64,000 nt of DNA from Ptychomitrium polyphyllum (Eukaryota), in assembly GCA_973851085.1 (NCBI GenBank), contig OZ316776.1, positions 7,006,001 to 7,070,000 of the forward strand, written 5' to 3'. How positions within the stretch are numbered: the first letter of the stretch is position 1; every line of letters begins with the position of its first letter. This document shows, piece by piece, positions 13,253-26,949 of this stretch. The notes beneath the pieces are model-generated. The model did not search any database and was not told the origin of the DNA. It saw nothing but the letters and a program-made list of their open reading frames with translations. The position numbers and the translations under genes were made by a program.

Positions 13253-15967
13253 GTTTATTCAGATTGTCATACAACAATATCAGAGCTTGGTCTTTTTTAA
13301 TAGAGAGTGGAACACTTATCTTCTTTAAAGTATTATAGCGCTCTAAAAGTTGAGGATTATCCTCCTCTAGGCTGATATTACCTTTTAAATCTTTCTCAAT
13401 TTTTTGTTTATTTAGCAATTTCTATTTTTTTTTCATGCTAGGAGGTGAAGAGGTCAATATAACTAATTCAAAAGAAGCCAAATTAGACTCAATTATCAAT
13501 GCCTTTGAATAAAGTCTTGGTCTTGATCTTCAATGCTTCAAGCAAAATGATGAACTTTATTTGACTGTACATAATGATCAATGAGTAGAAGCTTCCTAAT
13601 TGTTACCACAAGTCACCTTAAGCGTTCCATCATATAGATTTGTTTTAGTAGGAGAGGCACAAATTTAAGCCGGTAATTCAATGTCAACAACTAAATAACC
13701 AATAATTAACCTCCCAAAGAAATTTAACTATATGTGTTAAAAATTTAAAATCTTTGTAAATCAAGTTCATCTTGTTACTTTGCTATATCCTTAAAAATAT
13801 TCTAGGAACACTTCAAGTGTTGGTTTGGTGGGAATATTGCTCTTAAGACAAGCATTGTTTTAGTTTGCACCACTTTTTGAGAAGAATTATCTTAGATTTA
13901 GCAACTTTGATGCGTTTCTAGCCACGTTTGCAAAAGCATTTGGAGATCATAACAAGCTCTATTCTGCAACCACTAAAATTTAAGCCTTGCACCAAGAGCT
14001 ACGTTTAATGTCAATTTATGCATAAAAAATTCAACAACTTATATGCAACATCAATTGGGAAGTAGAAGCATTAATGAATCAATTTCTTTAGGGCATATGT
14101 GATGAGGTTAAGAATATGTTGCTATCCATGCCAAATCCCAAAATACTTGATGAGGTTACCAATCAAGCTTTGAAGTGTGATAATTGTCTATTTCAATGTT
14201 GGTAAGGTAAACAAGCTTTGATTACGACGCAACCATATACCAACTTCTTAGTAGCCTCGGCCATGTCTACCTCTATTAAGTATGTTGGAAAAAAAACCAT
14301 GCATATTGATGTGGTTTGTTTCAAGCTTTTTTGAACATGAAAAGAAACGACAAAGAAAGCGAGGGTTGTGTATGTATTATAAAAGATTTGGTTACAAGGT
14401 TGATAACCGCCCAGAGAAATCTATATGTACATATCAAATGAAGAATACAACCATGACGCCAAATGCTTTGCTGAAAAATGAAGACATGTAGCCACAATAG
14501 GGAGTGTGCGGTTGGATCTACTTTTTTTGCAAGAAAAAAGGTCCTATCTTCTTAGCCCATCTTTCTTCTTATTTTACTATACCTGTTTGTTTAAGTGTTT
14601 AGAAGATCAAAAGCCTTGCTCTACTAGATTCAAGAGCCTCTGCTTGCTTCATTAACAAAGGGTTTTTGAAAATCCATAAGTTTCTTTTTATTAAGAAGCT
14701 GCAGTCGGTCCATGTAGAAGTCATAGATGACCAATCTTTATCCTCCAAGGATGTTATTCATAAGACCAATCCATTAAAAACAATTATAAAGAACCATATT
14801 AACTAAATAGTATTTAATGTCATTAAGTCTCTTTTAAATTCCATCATCCTAGGGCTGTTACGGACATAGATCATGCAACATAGTCCTTAGAACATTCTAA
14901 AACCTTCTAGTATACTATAATAGTTTCTTAGAATACTTTTAAATGTTTCCGTAGCCTTTCCATGTTTTTAGAAAGTTTCCTAGGAAAGTTCTTCCACCTT
15001 AAAAAACTTCCTAGGAAGCTCCTATCATCTTAGGTAACTTCTTAGAAAACTTCCTACAAAGATTCCATCACTTTAGGAAACTTCCTAGAAAAGTTCTTCC
15101 ACCTTAGGAAACTTCTTGGGAAGATTTCCTAGACTTTCAAAATATTCTTAAGCCTTGTAGGAAGCTTCTTTAGAAGTATCCTAGGAGATACAAACGTCAT
15201 AGTATAAATAGGAGGCAAGCCAAGGTATTCCTTAGTCTTGCCAATATAAGTTGTAGATCATCTTAAATTTTGCCTTGTTCTAGTCTTTGTATCAAGTTCT
15301 TGTTAATCATTAGCTCTTTGGAAGCTAATTCTTGGAAAACACTTTGTTTCTGCTTCTTGTTTTTTGTGTCCTTAATAGTTTGGTAAGACTACTTTTCATC
15401 TTTGTTAGAGCTAAGGTTCTTTGAAGAAGATTGTGGATTATCCATCTTCTTTAGGATTCTATAGTGTCTTAGAGGTTGTGGATTATCCTTCTTTAAGCTG
15501 GCACCAAAGAGTTGTTTTCTCCTTCTAGAACCAAATATTACTTCTTTCAAAGGATGTGGATTATCCTCCTTTGAAGGTACTCATAGTTTTCTTGTCTTTG
15601 ACAGTCTTAAAAAATGAATAACGTGCCTGGAATATCAGAGAATGAGTTTGCAACTATTGCAGACCTTCAAGAGTTACTAAACACAGTTTGAATGGAACTC
15701 GCTTGTTTCAACACCACCAAAAATTTGGAGCAACACACTTGACAAGTTGAAGAATCCAATGGTGATATTCAAAGTCTATATTAAGAGGTTGTTCGATTGC
15801 AAGAGGCCAATATTGGAAGAAAAGGCTTACGTCAAACCCAAATAGAGCCAAAGATTAGCATGCAAGACAAGTTCGATGGATCAAGATCAAAATCAAGAGG
15901 CTTTGTTCAACAAAATAAGGTTCTTCCTTAGTTTGTATCAATCTTGCTATCCTCATGGCACAACTCA

Positions 15968-17542
15968 TATTGTGCATCTTTTCTTCAAAAGTGCCTGCAA
16001 CACTAAGTGCACAAGGGAATCCCGGAGTGACGTCTGGGACTTGTGGCGCCGATAGTAAAATGGCCCTAGTAGGCCTAGCGTAGGAAGGATCCCGAGGGGG
16101 AGAAACATCCTTGCCCATATAGATTAAGGGCCACAAGGGAAAAATTGTAGGCATTAGAGGACTCACGACGATTTGATTCTAGAATGCTAAAGATTGCTCA
16201 AATCGGATAAGGGAACTAAAAGATATGGCATTCCAAAGTTGAAGCTACTAAAGGGCTATTCTGGACTGTGTGTTGGAGATTAGAGTTGCTCATAGTATTT
16301 ACGGTGGTGTAAATAGTATTATATTGTGGTAGATATAGAAGGAGAGAAAATGGGGAGAAAAGGAGGAGAGGTGAAAGCCACTTAAGAGGTGCATATATGG
16401 TACACGGTCAACGTAGTAGGACCAATCTACATGTCTTGCATGGGAAGGCAAGGACAAGTGGGTGTATGAGTTGGCATAAAGGAACTTGCAAGTGGCTTTG
16501 GAAAGCTACTTGCAAGATACTTGAGAAAGACCTTAAAAGGTGCTTGAGACGTCACTACGTGGTAGTATAAATAAAGGCCTTCGAGAGAAGGCAACATCTC
16601 ACTCCAAATATTGTTTGTACTACTTTGTGTGGTTCTATGCTTGTGCAATCTTCTTCTCTACTTCTAGTGACTTCAATACTGTGGTAGCCCTAGACAGTGA
16701 CTCTATTAGATTGAGATAGTGCAGGGAGGAACTCATTAGGAGCCCCGAACCTTGAGAGAAGAATATCTTCCAAAATACTAAGTCAAATTGGAGTTTTGAA
16801 GAGTCTATCGGCATCTATGCAAAGAATAAATGACAATAGAATGGTCGCTTGATAGATTTGGACACCAAACGTGGAAGATATGGCTCCCTAAAGGTCCGCA
16901 GGAAGTTCCAAAGGCTTCCAGTGGCTAAGTTCCAAGCGAGATCGGGTGGTCTTCCAAAGTTTTAAGTATATCAAGGTTCAGCCAGCTACAAAAGGCCAGG
17001 GGGACTTGTCAAATTTCATAGAGAGTATTATAGGGAAGGGCTGGTCTTCCTCTCCACTTTCATAGTGTCTTGGTAGGAATCAAAGGTGAGTTCTGGTTGG
17101 TGGAGCTAATATTAGGGCTTCACCACGGGGACTCCCACACCATTGTGAGTTGATGGGTGACCGATTTCACGAAAGGAATTAGCGAGATAAAAAATGTACG
17201 CTTGATATCACTAAGTTGGGGTGGTGTTTTTACGCTGGTACTTTGGATTCGGGATGATCTTAAGATCACATGGGAATCATGTATGGTAGTGAGGAGACAC
17301 CTTTAAGTGCAGTTAGGTCGTGTGGAATGGGAGTAACACCAAGTGAGGCCTTGGATATGAATGGAAATCTGCACCTAACCATTGGCTACTAATCAATTGG
17401 GTGTTCTAAGAGAAATGGTAGGAGGAATCAGAAACCAAGCCTGGAACTTGGAGAATGAAAATAGAAGTTAACCATGTGCATGTTGGGGTGTATAGGGTTG
17501 ATGGGCGTGACATTGTTAAGGTGCATAATAAGGGTTGAGACA
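15968..17542. mobile_element. Solo LTR, family C, inserted in gag
   Basis: TA(TG)...CA ends with TSD ACTCA/GCTCA. Removing it restores gag-like HGTTQVGFVAIFLSNNALLWF. Homologous to 40598-41744. Confidence 0.85.
16271..16678. mobile_element. 408-bp solo LTR nested in the family C LTR
   Basis: TGTTGG...TTCAATA ends with a perfect CTGTG TSD (16266-16270 / 16679-16683). Absent from the sister copy near 40895, which has the empty site CTATG. Confidence 0.88.
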
Positions 17543-18071
17543 GCTCAAGTGGGATTTGTGGCCATTTTTTTATCAAACAATGCCCTATTGTGGTTTATAT
17601 CATTAATGGAGAAATAGTCACTATTATTGAATAACTTAGATGCTTTTATGGAAGCATTGACATCTACTTTTGGAGACATTGACCAAGAGAGGGTGGCAAA
17701 GACAAGGATCATTGAGAGGGTGGCTGAGACAATGAATTCATCACTCAAGCAATAGCATGTGACAATAGACTATTTAATAGGCGCCAAGAATAGCGCTTGG
17801 GATGGCGACCAGTACATCAAAGCATAGCTACCACTTCTTCAAGAGTATCGAAAAGCCGACCACAAGGACCAAAATCTATGCAAATTGATGCTGCCCGTTT
17901 TAAATATTTGACTTCAGAAGAAAAAGGAAGGCGTCGAAATGAAAACCTATGTTTGTATTGAAGAAAGTCTGGACATAAAGTACACAATTGTTAAATCAAA
18001 GGATCTGCCTTTAAGGCTCAAAATACAATGGTGGAATTGAAAAACGAGGTTGTCCAGTCACAGTAGGAACC

Positions 18072-21000
18072 ATGCAATTGGACACCACAAGGAAACGACC
18101 ATCAAATCAAGGTCTCTTACTAGCTTCAAGCCCTACCTCTTGTTTTACATTTTCTATTAAAATAAAGTTGTTAGATGATGAAATAGTTAGTGAGGCTTTA
18201 TTAAACACTAGTGCAACGGCATGTTTTATGGACAAGGATTTTGCAACCAAACATCACATGGTGCTTGTGAAGAAAAAATATCCCGCACTTGTTGAAGTTA
18301 TTGATGGACAATCTCTTGCGTCTGGCAACGTTATTGAAGAAACTCAACCCTTGAAGGTTGTTTTAGGAGACTAGGCATCTAAGATTGTCTTCAATATTAT
18401 TCAATGCTAAACAAATCCTATTGTCTTGGGCCTTCTTTGGTTTGAATTATATAATCCAGACATTGACTGGTGCTCACAAACTCTAGTCTCAAGGAAAAGA
18501 TGCCAAGGTACAAGAAATCTTGGACTAGCATTTATTGAAGCTAAGATATACATAAGAGCTGCAAAAGATGAACCAATCTATGCCGTTTATGCTACATCAA
18601 TGTCCAGCTTTATAATAGAGACTAATCAAAACATATCTCGTCAATATCAAGATTATAAAGATGTTTTTGAAAAGAAAAATACAAACATATTACCAAAGCA
18701 GCGGCCTTATGATTGTACCGTTGAGTTGCAAGAAGGAGCCCAACCACATTTTGGACTTATTTATAATTTATCACAAACCAAGTTGACTGCCTTGAGAGAA
18801 TATATTGATGAAAATCTCGGAAAGGGTTTCATTCAACATTCTAAATCACTGGCTGGAGCACCCATTCTATTTGTATAGAAGAAAAATGGATCATTATGTA
18901 TGTGCGTGGACTATCGAGGTTTTAATAAAGTAACAAAAAAGAATCGCTATCCATTACCATTAATCTCAGGACTCCTACAACAACTTAGCCAAGCAAAAAT
19001 ATTCACCAAAATTGATCTTAGAGGAGTTTACAATCTTATACGCATCAAAGAAGGAGACAAATGGAAGACATCTTTTTGATCTAGGTATGGTCATTTTGAA
19101 TATAATGTCATGCCTTTTGGCCTTATTAATGCTCCAGCAATCTTCCAACATATGATGAATGATATCTTCCATGAACATTGGGACGATTTTGTAGTCATCT
19201 ACTATGATCACATTTTGATATATTCAAAGGATGAACAAGACCACAAATGTCATGTGCGACTGGTCTTAGAAAAATTACACTAGCGAGGATTATATGCCAA
19301 ATTAGAGAAGTGCCTTTTCCATGAATCCTTGGTTGAATTTTTAGGCTACATCATTTCTAAAGGAGGAATCCATATGGATAAGAAAAAAATAAGTACTGTT
19401 ATGGAATGGAGTACGCCAAGATCAATTTGAGATGTTCAATGCTTCTTGGGATTTGCAAACTTCTACAAGATATTCATCAAGAATTATTCCAAGATGGCGG
19501 CACCATTCACACGTCTTACAGGGAAGCAAAAATTCATTTGGAATGAAGAGGCGGAGAAAGCGTTTCAAAGTCTTAAAAAGCCATTTATGTCGGCTCCAAT
19601 CCTTATTCATCAAAATCCATCAAAGCCTTTTTATTTGGAAGTAGATGCCTGAGATTTTGCGCTTGGCTTAGTATTCTCACAATATGATGAAGATGGGAGA
19701 TTTTATCTTCTTGCTTTTTATTTAGAAAAATTCTTAGTAGCAAAGATCCACTATAATATTTATGATACAAAACTACTTGCAATTGTAAATGCATTTGAAG
19801 AATGGTGACACTTATTAGAAGAAGCTCAACATACCATCACAATACACACAGACCACAAGACCTTGGAGTATTTCATGAGTGCGCGCATTTTGAATGGCTG
19901 TCAAGCAAGGTGGAATATGTCGCTTTCTAGATTTGACTTTGTCATTACCTATCGACCTAGTAGCTCACAAGGTAAGCCAGATGCCTTATCTCAAAGATCT
20001 TATTTAGCTCCTCAACCTGGAGATGATGTTTTTAATCAATAAAGGACTATTTTATTAAAGCCACATAATCTTCAAGTAAAAGTAGCCATTATTATGACAA
20101 CATCCCATTTTGACAAAATTCGGAAAACTTTAAAGAATGATGTTTTTGTTTCAAATATAAGGAAGCGCCTCAAAGACAATGGAGATCCTTAAAATAATGA
20201 TGAGGACTTTGGATTGTACCTACCTCCAAGCCTTTTGCGGTTGAAGATCCTTCAAGCACGTCATGATTTTCCAGCAGCAGGACATTTTGGATTCAATAAA
20301 ACAATGGAGTTGATTGCTAGAGACTATTAGTGGCCTCAAATGTGGAAGTACGTAAAGGACTTTATTCAACCATGAGACATTTGTAAAAAAGCCAAGGTTT
20401 CAAGACACCAACCTCATGGTCTCCTCCATCCGCTTATTGCCAGAGGGCCAATGGTTGTCTTTGTCAATGGATTTTATCACGGACCTTTCAAACTCTAATT
20501 CTAAAGATTCTATTTTAGTAGTGGTGGATCAATTTACCAAAATGACACATTTCATTCCATGCAACAAGACGGTAACGGGAGAACAAATTGCCAAGTTGTT
20601 CATAAATTATGTCTATCACATACATGGGCTATCAGATGATGTTATATCCGATCGAGGGCCTCAATTCATTTCCAACTTTTGGAGGGCTCTATTTCAGCTC
20701 TTGCATGTAAAGATCAACCTTTCTTCAGCACACCATCCGCAAACTGATTGCCAAACCGAACGTGTGAATCAAATTTTGGAGCAGTACCTTTGTTGTAATA
20801 TAAACTATTAGCAAGACAACTGAATGGATCTCTTGCCTTTGGCAAAGTTTGCTTACAATAATATGGTGCATTCTTCAACAACTCAAAGTCCATTTTTTAC
20901 AAACTATGGCTATCATCCTCGAGCATATCCATTTCAAGTTGAGCATATTGGAAGTCCTGCAGCAGAAGATTTTGCAATTCAACTTGCTAAAATCCATCAA

Positions 21001-21518
21001 GAAATTACCTTCCAGTTACAATAAGCTCAAGATTGTTACAAAACTTATACAGATTGCCATCAAAAGGACCATCAAAAGTTCAAGGTTGGAGAGAGCATAT
21101 GGCTTCTACAACGAAATATACAAATAAAAAGACCATCAAAGAAGTTGGACTATCAAAAGTTGGAACCGTTTGAAATCAGCAAACAAATAAATCCGGTTAG
21201 TTATTGCCTAAAGCTACCACCAAGCATGCAAATTCATTTGGTGTTTCACGTATCATTGTTGGAAATCTATGACAAATCATGTATATCCTAGAGAGAATTG
21301 TCCCTTCGCCTCCTTCGTTGGAAATCAATAATGAAATTGAATATGAAGTAGAAGAAATCTTAGATTCATGCATCAAGAAGGGATGTGTGGAATATTTTAT
21401 ACATTGGCAAGGATATGACATCAATGACCAAATATCGGAACCTTCAACAAATGTAACAAATGCATCCAAGAAGGTACACAAATTTCATCAAAGATATCTT
21501 CAAAAACCATGTCAGTGA
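18072..21518 (+). pseudogene. Disrupted pol: protease-RT-RNaseH-integrase-chromodomain
   Basis: ALLNTSATACFMD (protease), [54 protein letters not shown], and EYEVEEILDS..YFIHWQGY (chromodomain). Multiple in-frame stops and frameshifts. Confidence 0.92.
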
Positions 21519-21658
21519 TGATGTGTCATCAGTAGCCACTAGCTTCACGGAGAAGTTTTTCCTTCATAGACAAGTATAAGAAGGGAGGAGAAATATCCAG
21601 ACCTCCAATTGTATGCAGCGTTATTTCCAAGATAGATCATTTCTAGATCCTAGCCAGT

Positions 21659-22117
21659 ATGTCAAATCTTTGTGTTATCATGGATATGCGTGAAGAGCAG
21701 TCGGCCATGCCTTCATCAACAACAGCATCTGTTGAGCCAACTCAACTTTCTCAGCCCTCAGTAACGGAGGATCTAAGTCAAGATATGAGAGGGACATCCC
21801 AACGTCGAGTACGACCTCGTGCAGAAGTATTGACTAGTTGCCCTTCACATTCCAGTCTTGATTCAGATGCTCGCGCTCTAGTCATCTTGTTAGAAATTGG
21901 AAGAGTCATCCCTGGAGGATCCAAAATCTTGTTTGGAGGATGTTTTGAAGGACTTAATCAAGATCAGATCTTGGGATGGAACATTTCAACAACAAAACTC
22001 CTGGCTAGTGGCCATCGGCGTTTCTTGCAAGGACCAGTTCAACTAGTGCACAAAGAACAACGAGCAAAATATGTTGCTTCACTCTTTCAACAAATTTTGG
22101 AATTTATAGATATGTAA
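21659..22117 (+). CDS. Extra 152-aa ORF of unknown function between the chromodomain and the PPT of the Gypsy element
   Basis: ATG-initiated open frame with a Ser/Thr/Pro-rich N-terminal half, ending about 50 bp before the 3' LTR. Confidence 0.4.
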   Translation: MSNLCVIMDMREEQSAMPSSTTASVEPTQLSQPSVTEDLSQDMRGTSQRRVRPRAEVLTSCPSHSSLDSDARALVILLEIGRVIPGGSKILFGGCFEGLNQDQILGWNISTTKLLASGHRRFLQGPVQLVHKEQRAKYVASLFQQILEFIDM

Positions 22118-22475
22118 CAAGCAAGTCAATAAAAGAGCTTATGGAACTCGTTGCTAAATGGGGATGTGATGTCACGGACATAGATCATGCAACATACTCC
22201 ATAGAACATTCTAGAACCTTCTAGTATATTATAAGAATTTCTTAGAATACTTTTAAATGTCTTTATAACCTTTTCATGTTTTTAGAAAGCTTTCTAAGAA
22301 AGTTCTTCTACTTTAAGAAACTTCCTAAGAAGATTTTAGCATCTTAAATAACTTCTTAAAATACTTCCTTTAAATATTCCATCAACTAAGGAAACTCCTT
22401 AAGAAAGTTCGCCCACCTTAAGAAATTTCCAAGGAAGGTTCTATTTCTTTTTAAGACTTCTTAAGAAAGTTCTAC

Positions 22476-23981
22476 TGTCATGATGTAATTAATTGTATAG
22501 TTTAAAACTTGAGTAGTATTTTTTGTTTGGTGTATTTGGAAAAGAGTATCAGGAAAAAGAAATAATTAGATTAAAATAAAGGTTGTGGTGAAACCACAAT
22601 TTTTATTTATCTTAGAGGTGGAACCGCATCTTGTCTTAGCTCAGGGTGATTATGCCAGTTGACTATAATTTTTCCTGCTTGCCATTTTTGCTAGCAGTAC
22701 CAAGTCAAGTACTGCCGTTCTACTCAACAAATTTGACAAGAGTTGAACTCAGACCGGTTCAGCAGCTGAAACTTATCCAGTCAACCAGTTCATGACTTGG
22801 TGTCTAAACCTACCTTGGCAATGGTTTTATTCTTAATTTGTTTCTTGTTGAATTTCAATTTTTTTCCTACTTTGTTTAATTTATTTTAGTTTTTTTAGTT
22901 TCTATTTTAGACTTGTGAGGGTTGATTTTATCTTCTTTGTAATTGGAACCTAGAAGTTTCAACCAAAAGAAAGAAAAACAAAAAAAAGGGATTTAGATTG
23001 TTTTTTTTATTTGAAGATATGGTTAGATAAGGGTTTGATAAAAGGTATTAAGGGCTGATGTGGAGAAATAAGGGGCGGATGTGGCGGTTTGACCACCGCC
23101 CTCTTCTTCTCTCTCAGTCTCTCTCACTAGAATAAGAAGGCAGCCTTTTTTTGGATGAGATCTCATAGTATATTTATTAGTTTGAGTTGATTTTTGTTGG
23201 ATTTTCTGTCTTTCTTTGTAAACTTTCCAGAAAGCCATCACACGCTTTATTTGGAATTAGTATGTGGTCGTGGCTTTAGCTTGAATAAAGTTAAGTTAGC
23301 TGCCTTGAGTTTCTAAGGGCAGCTAGTTTGAATGTTTGTGACTTCTTGTAGAAACATCTTTTGTAAGTGAAATTTTTTAAAAAAGGTTTTGATTACTTTG
23401 GAAAGATGGTGTCAAAATTTGGTGAGTATTGGACATCTTGAGCAAAATATACAAAGACAAATGCAACCGGGACATAGAAGGCAGTGTATAGTAGAGTTTG
23501 GGGTTGTACAATTTGGGTCATTATAGATGATAGAAGGGTTTTCTAAGGTTGATCTTTTGACAAGGTGTTTATTATAAGATATTTATTATGTACACAAAAT
23601 TCAAAGTTTGAATTTATCATAAAAGAAGAGTTATGAAGTGGTAAAGTGATAGAGGTATAGGAGCTGTAATAATGAAGAATGTAAACTTTGAAGTTATGGA
23701 TCTTAGAGGGTACTAAGGATTTGGCAACCAAAATTTATATATAGTCTATTAAATATTTTAGAAAGGTTTTCTTAATTTTTTAGATACTTTGGATTAGTTT
23801 GCTAGAAGTTATGACATATTTAGTATTAGGAATTTTCAAGGCAGCGTAGAGGGAAAATTTGGGGTAGGGTATTTGCTTCATTGGATGTTAGAAATAGAAA
23901 CTCTTCATGCATCTTGACCTTGATTAATTAGATGCTAAAAAAGACGCTTTGTTTTTTATAGCTTTTACTTTCATCATAACA
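22476..23981. mobile_element. 1506-bp LTR-like element (family D), copy 1, inserted in the RLG1-like 3' LTR
   Basis: TG...CA termini; host LTR sub-repeats continue on both sides; reverse complement of 38047-39552. Confidence 0.85.
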
Positions 23982-24722
23982 CGGCTACCTTAGGAAACTT
24001 CCAAGGAAGGTTCTAATTCCTTGGATGCTTCTTAGGAAGGTTCTATCATCTTAGAAAACTCCTTGAAAAGGTTCCTTTGACTTCTAAAACATTCCTAAGC
24101 TTTGTAGGAAGCTTTTTTAGAAGTATCCTAAGAGATACAAACATCATAGTTTAAGTAGGAGGTAAGTTAAGGTGTTCTTTAGTCTTGCCAACACAAGTTG
24201 TAGATCATCTTAAATTGTGCCTTATACTAGTCTGTATATCAAGTTCTTGTTAATCATTAGCACATTGGGAGCTGATTCTTGGGAATTACTTTGTTTCTGC
24301 TTCTTATTTCTTGTGTCATTAACAACAATTCTCTTAATTGAAAAAGTACAATCCGGCTATAGATTTGACATCCCGTAAAATAGAATTTTCAACATAAAAA
24401 GCTGTAGCTATCAAGCCTAGAGAGGAAATTCATGCATTTGACAGGTTTTAGAGCATATAACCTCTTCAACTTGGAGCTAAAGCATTTACAAGGGCAGCAA
24501 AAGATGGTGCTTTTTTTTGTTGTGCACGCAACTTTGACGTCCATAGATGTGGTTTCATCATCAATTATACTTAAAAAAATAGAAGATGTTCTAAGGTGTA
24601 TTTGAATAAAAAATGCATATATTCTATCAAAATATTTTTTTCTATGATTGTGTCATTGACCTCTAAGATGGTGCCAAGGCTCCATTTGGACCTATTTATA
24701 AATTATCACAAAATGAGCTTAT

Positions 24723-25104
24723 CATTGGAATTTTTAAAATAAGTAGAAGATATATAGAGATCCTAGTTGAAGTGCCTTCATATTGGACTTGAGATGTTAC
24801 TAGTGGTCAAAGGCACGTCAAAGAAGAAGATTGAGAGGGATATGGAGGCTAGAGTTGAGAAAATGGCAATCAGGGTTTAGGTGGTGGTTAAGGTTAGCCA
24901 CTATGTGGCACTCATTGATGAAGGCAAACGCATGGCCCCCAAATGGTACACTTTGGTGGATGACTCCTGAGTATAAATAAAGTTATTTTGAGTGTGGGAG
25001 TCATCTTGCTCCACACTTCCCTTATTGCAACTTTGCTCTCTTGACTTGCTTATAGTAAGTAGCCTTGTTGCATTCTTTCTGTAGTCTTCTTGCAATTCTT
25101 CAAT
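24723..25104 (+). mobile_element. Copia-type solo LTR related to the LTRs of the 27.7-33.7 kb element
   Basis: Perfect CTTAT TSD; shares GATCCTAGTTGAA, CACTTTGGTGGATGACTCC and GGGAGTCATCTTGCTCCAC; excision restores host SQNELMALRKYI. Confidence 0.88.
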
Positions 25105-25272
25105 CTTATGGCATTAAGAAAGTATATTTATGAAAACTTAACCAAAAACTTCATTTGACATTTAAAATCTCCTATTGGTGCTCCAATATTTTTTTGTAAA
25201 GAAAAAATATGGATCTTTATAAATGTATTGTTAATTATTGTGGCTTCAATAAAGTGATAGTGAAGAACCTAT

Positions 25273-25770
25273 TATTACGGATACCCATATTAGAAGCATT
25301 TAGAAAGGTTCTTAGAAGATTGAAGAAGCTTCTAAGGAAGTTTGTTAACTTAGAAAACTTCCAAGGAAATTACTTTAGATTTAGAAATCTTCAAAAGAAC
25401 GTGCCATGGCTTAAGAATCTTCCAAGGAAGTTACCTTGGATTTAGAAAGTTTCCTTGGTTTAGAAAGTTTCCAAGGAAGTTATCTCAGCTTAGGAAACTT
25501 CCAAGGAAGCAACTCAAGGTTAGTTGAGTACTAAGCAATATAGGTGAAGCTTCTCAAGAAGCTTCTAAGGCTTGTAGTTTTAATATATACAGGAGTCGAG
25601 GCTGAAGAGCTCTTTAGTCTTGACAATGCATCTCTTGTGGTCTACTTTAGACCTTCTAGCCTTATCTTTTATACCTTGTTGTAGCTCTTTTCCTCTAATA
25701 TACTTGAACTTATCTTATTCCACATCCTAGAATCTTGGAGCCTTGTCTTATGGTTATTTTGTCCATAACA
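25273..25770 (+). mobile_element. Solo LTR, family B, inserted in the host RT
   Basis: TA(TG)TTACGG...CCATAACA ends with TSD CCTAT/CCAAT; excision restores KNQYPLPLI. Confidence 0.85.
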
Positions 25771-26949
25771 CCAATATCCATTGCCACTGATATTTGAACT
25801 TCTTGATCACCTTGACCAAGCAAAGATCTATATAAAAATAATCTTGCAAGGAGCCTATAACTTGGTGCACATCAACAAAGGAGACAAATGGAAGACGAGA
25901 TTTTGAATAAAATATGGATATTTTGAATACAATGTCACGCCTTTTCAACTTACCAACACACTTGCTATTTTTCAAAATCTAATGAATGATATATTCTAGG
26001 TGTACCTCAAAGATTTTGTCATATGCTATTTAAATGATATCTTTGTCTATACAAAGAATCAAGAAGAGCATAAACGACATGTTTGTATAGTTCTACAGAA
26101 ACTATGAGATGTTGGTTTGTATGCCAAGTTGGAGAAATGTATATTCCACAAGTCTCAAATAGAATTTTTTGGTTATATCATTTCAAGCAAAAAGCTATTG
26201 ATGGATCCAAAGAAGGTCAAAGCAATCAGCAATTGGACAAGATCAAAATCAATCCATAATGTCTAATGCTTTTTTGGAATTGCAAACTTCTATAGGATTT
26301 TCATTAAGAACTATTTTTAAACAACTACACCACTCACGCGGCTAATATGTAAGGAGAAACTTGAGTGGGAATCCAATGCCGAGGATGCATTTCAAAATTT
26401 AAAATAAGCTTTTCCTACAACCTCTATTCTAGTCCATCCAGACTTCTAAAGCCATTTTATATGAAGACGGATACTTTTGATTTTGTATTAGAAACAATTT
26501 TATTATAGCCAAGGGAAGAAGGGAGACTCCACTTGGTTGCATTCCATTCCAGGAGATTTTCAACTGCAGTAATCAATTATGAGATCAATAATAAGGAATT
26601 CCTTGCAATTGTGGATTCCTTTCAAGATTAGCGCTATTTGCTCAAAGGTTCTACGCATCCAGTTATTGTATATAAAAACGACAAGAACTTGGAATATTTC
26701 ATATCCTCCTATGTTATGAATTTTTGCCAAGCTCATTGAAGAATATTTCTATCACAATTTAATTTCTGCATCACATATTGATTCAAAAAACAACAAAGGT
26801 TGTCAGATGCTTTTTTAAAGCAGTCCCATTTTGCACAAAATAAAAAGTAGCTCACCATCAACAATAAGAAACTCTATTAAAGCTTGATAAATTTTGCATA
26901 TGCACAACCACTATTTCAACTTTGGTGGATTCATCATTCCTTGACCAAG

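Larger units (their letters stand above)
14856..24324 (+). mobile_element. Full-structure but decayed chromoviral Gypsy element (Tcn1 lineage, RLG1-like)
   Basis: 5' LTR 14856-15377; 3' LTR 22170-24324 (interrupted at 22476-23981); purine-rich PPT just before 22170; gag relics, then protease, RT, RNaseH, integrase and chromodomain. The family name is inferred from recollection, not from a search. Confidence 0.9.
12580..26949 (+). mobile_element. Old, fragmented Gypsy LTR retrotransposon; host of the nest
   Basis: Degenerate LTR ending at about 13276, followed by ATATCAGAGC (tRNA-iMet PBS-like). Gag/protease relics at 13430-14855 end at PIILG and resume after 24325 (..KYNPAID); RT/RNaseH relics continue to about 26950 (SQNELMALRKYI, KNQYPLPLI) with many stops. 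Left boundary approximate. Confidence 0.75.

Noticed and set aside
23023..23731. Duplicated small ORFs (72 and 62 aa, mirrored at 38297-39005)
   Set aside because: Their identity simply reflects the repeat. They are AT-rich, have no domain, and are not open in the diverged third copy.
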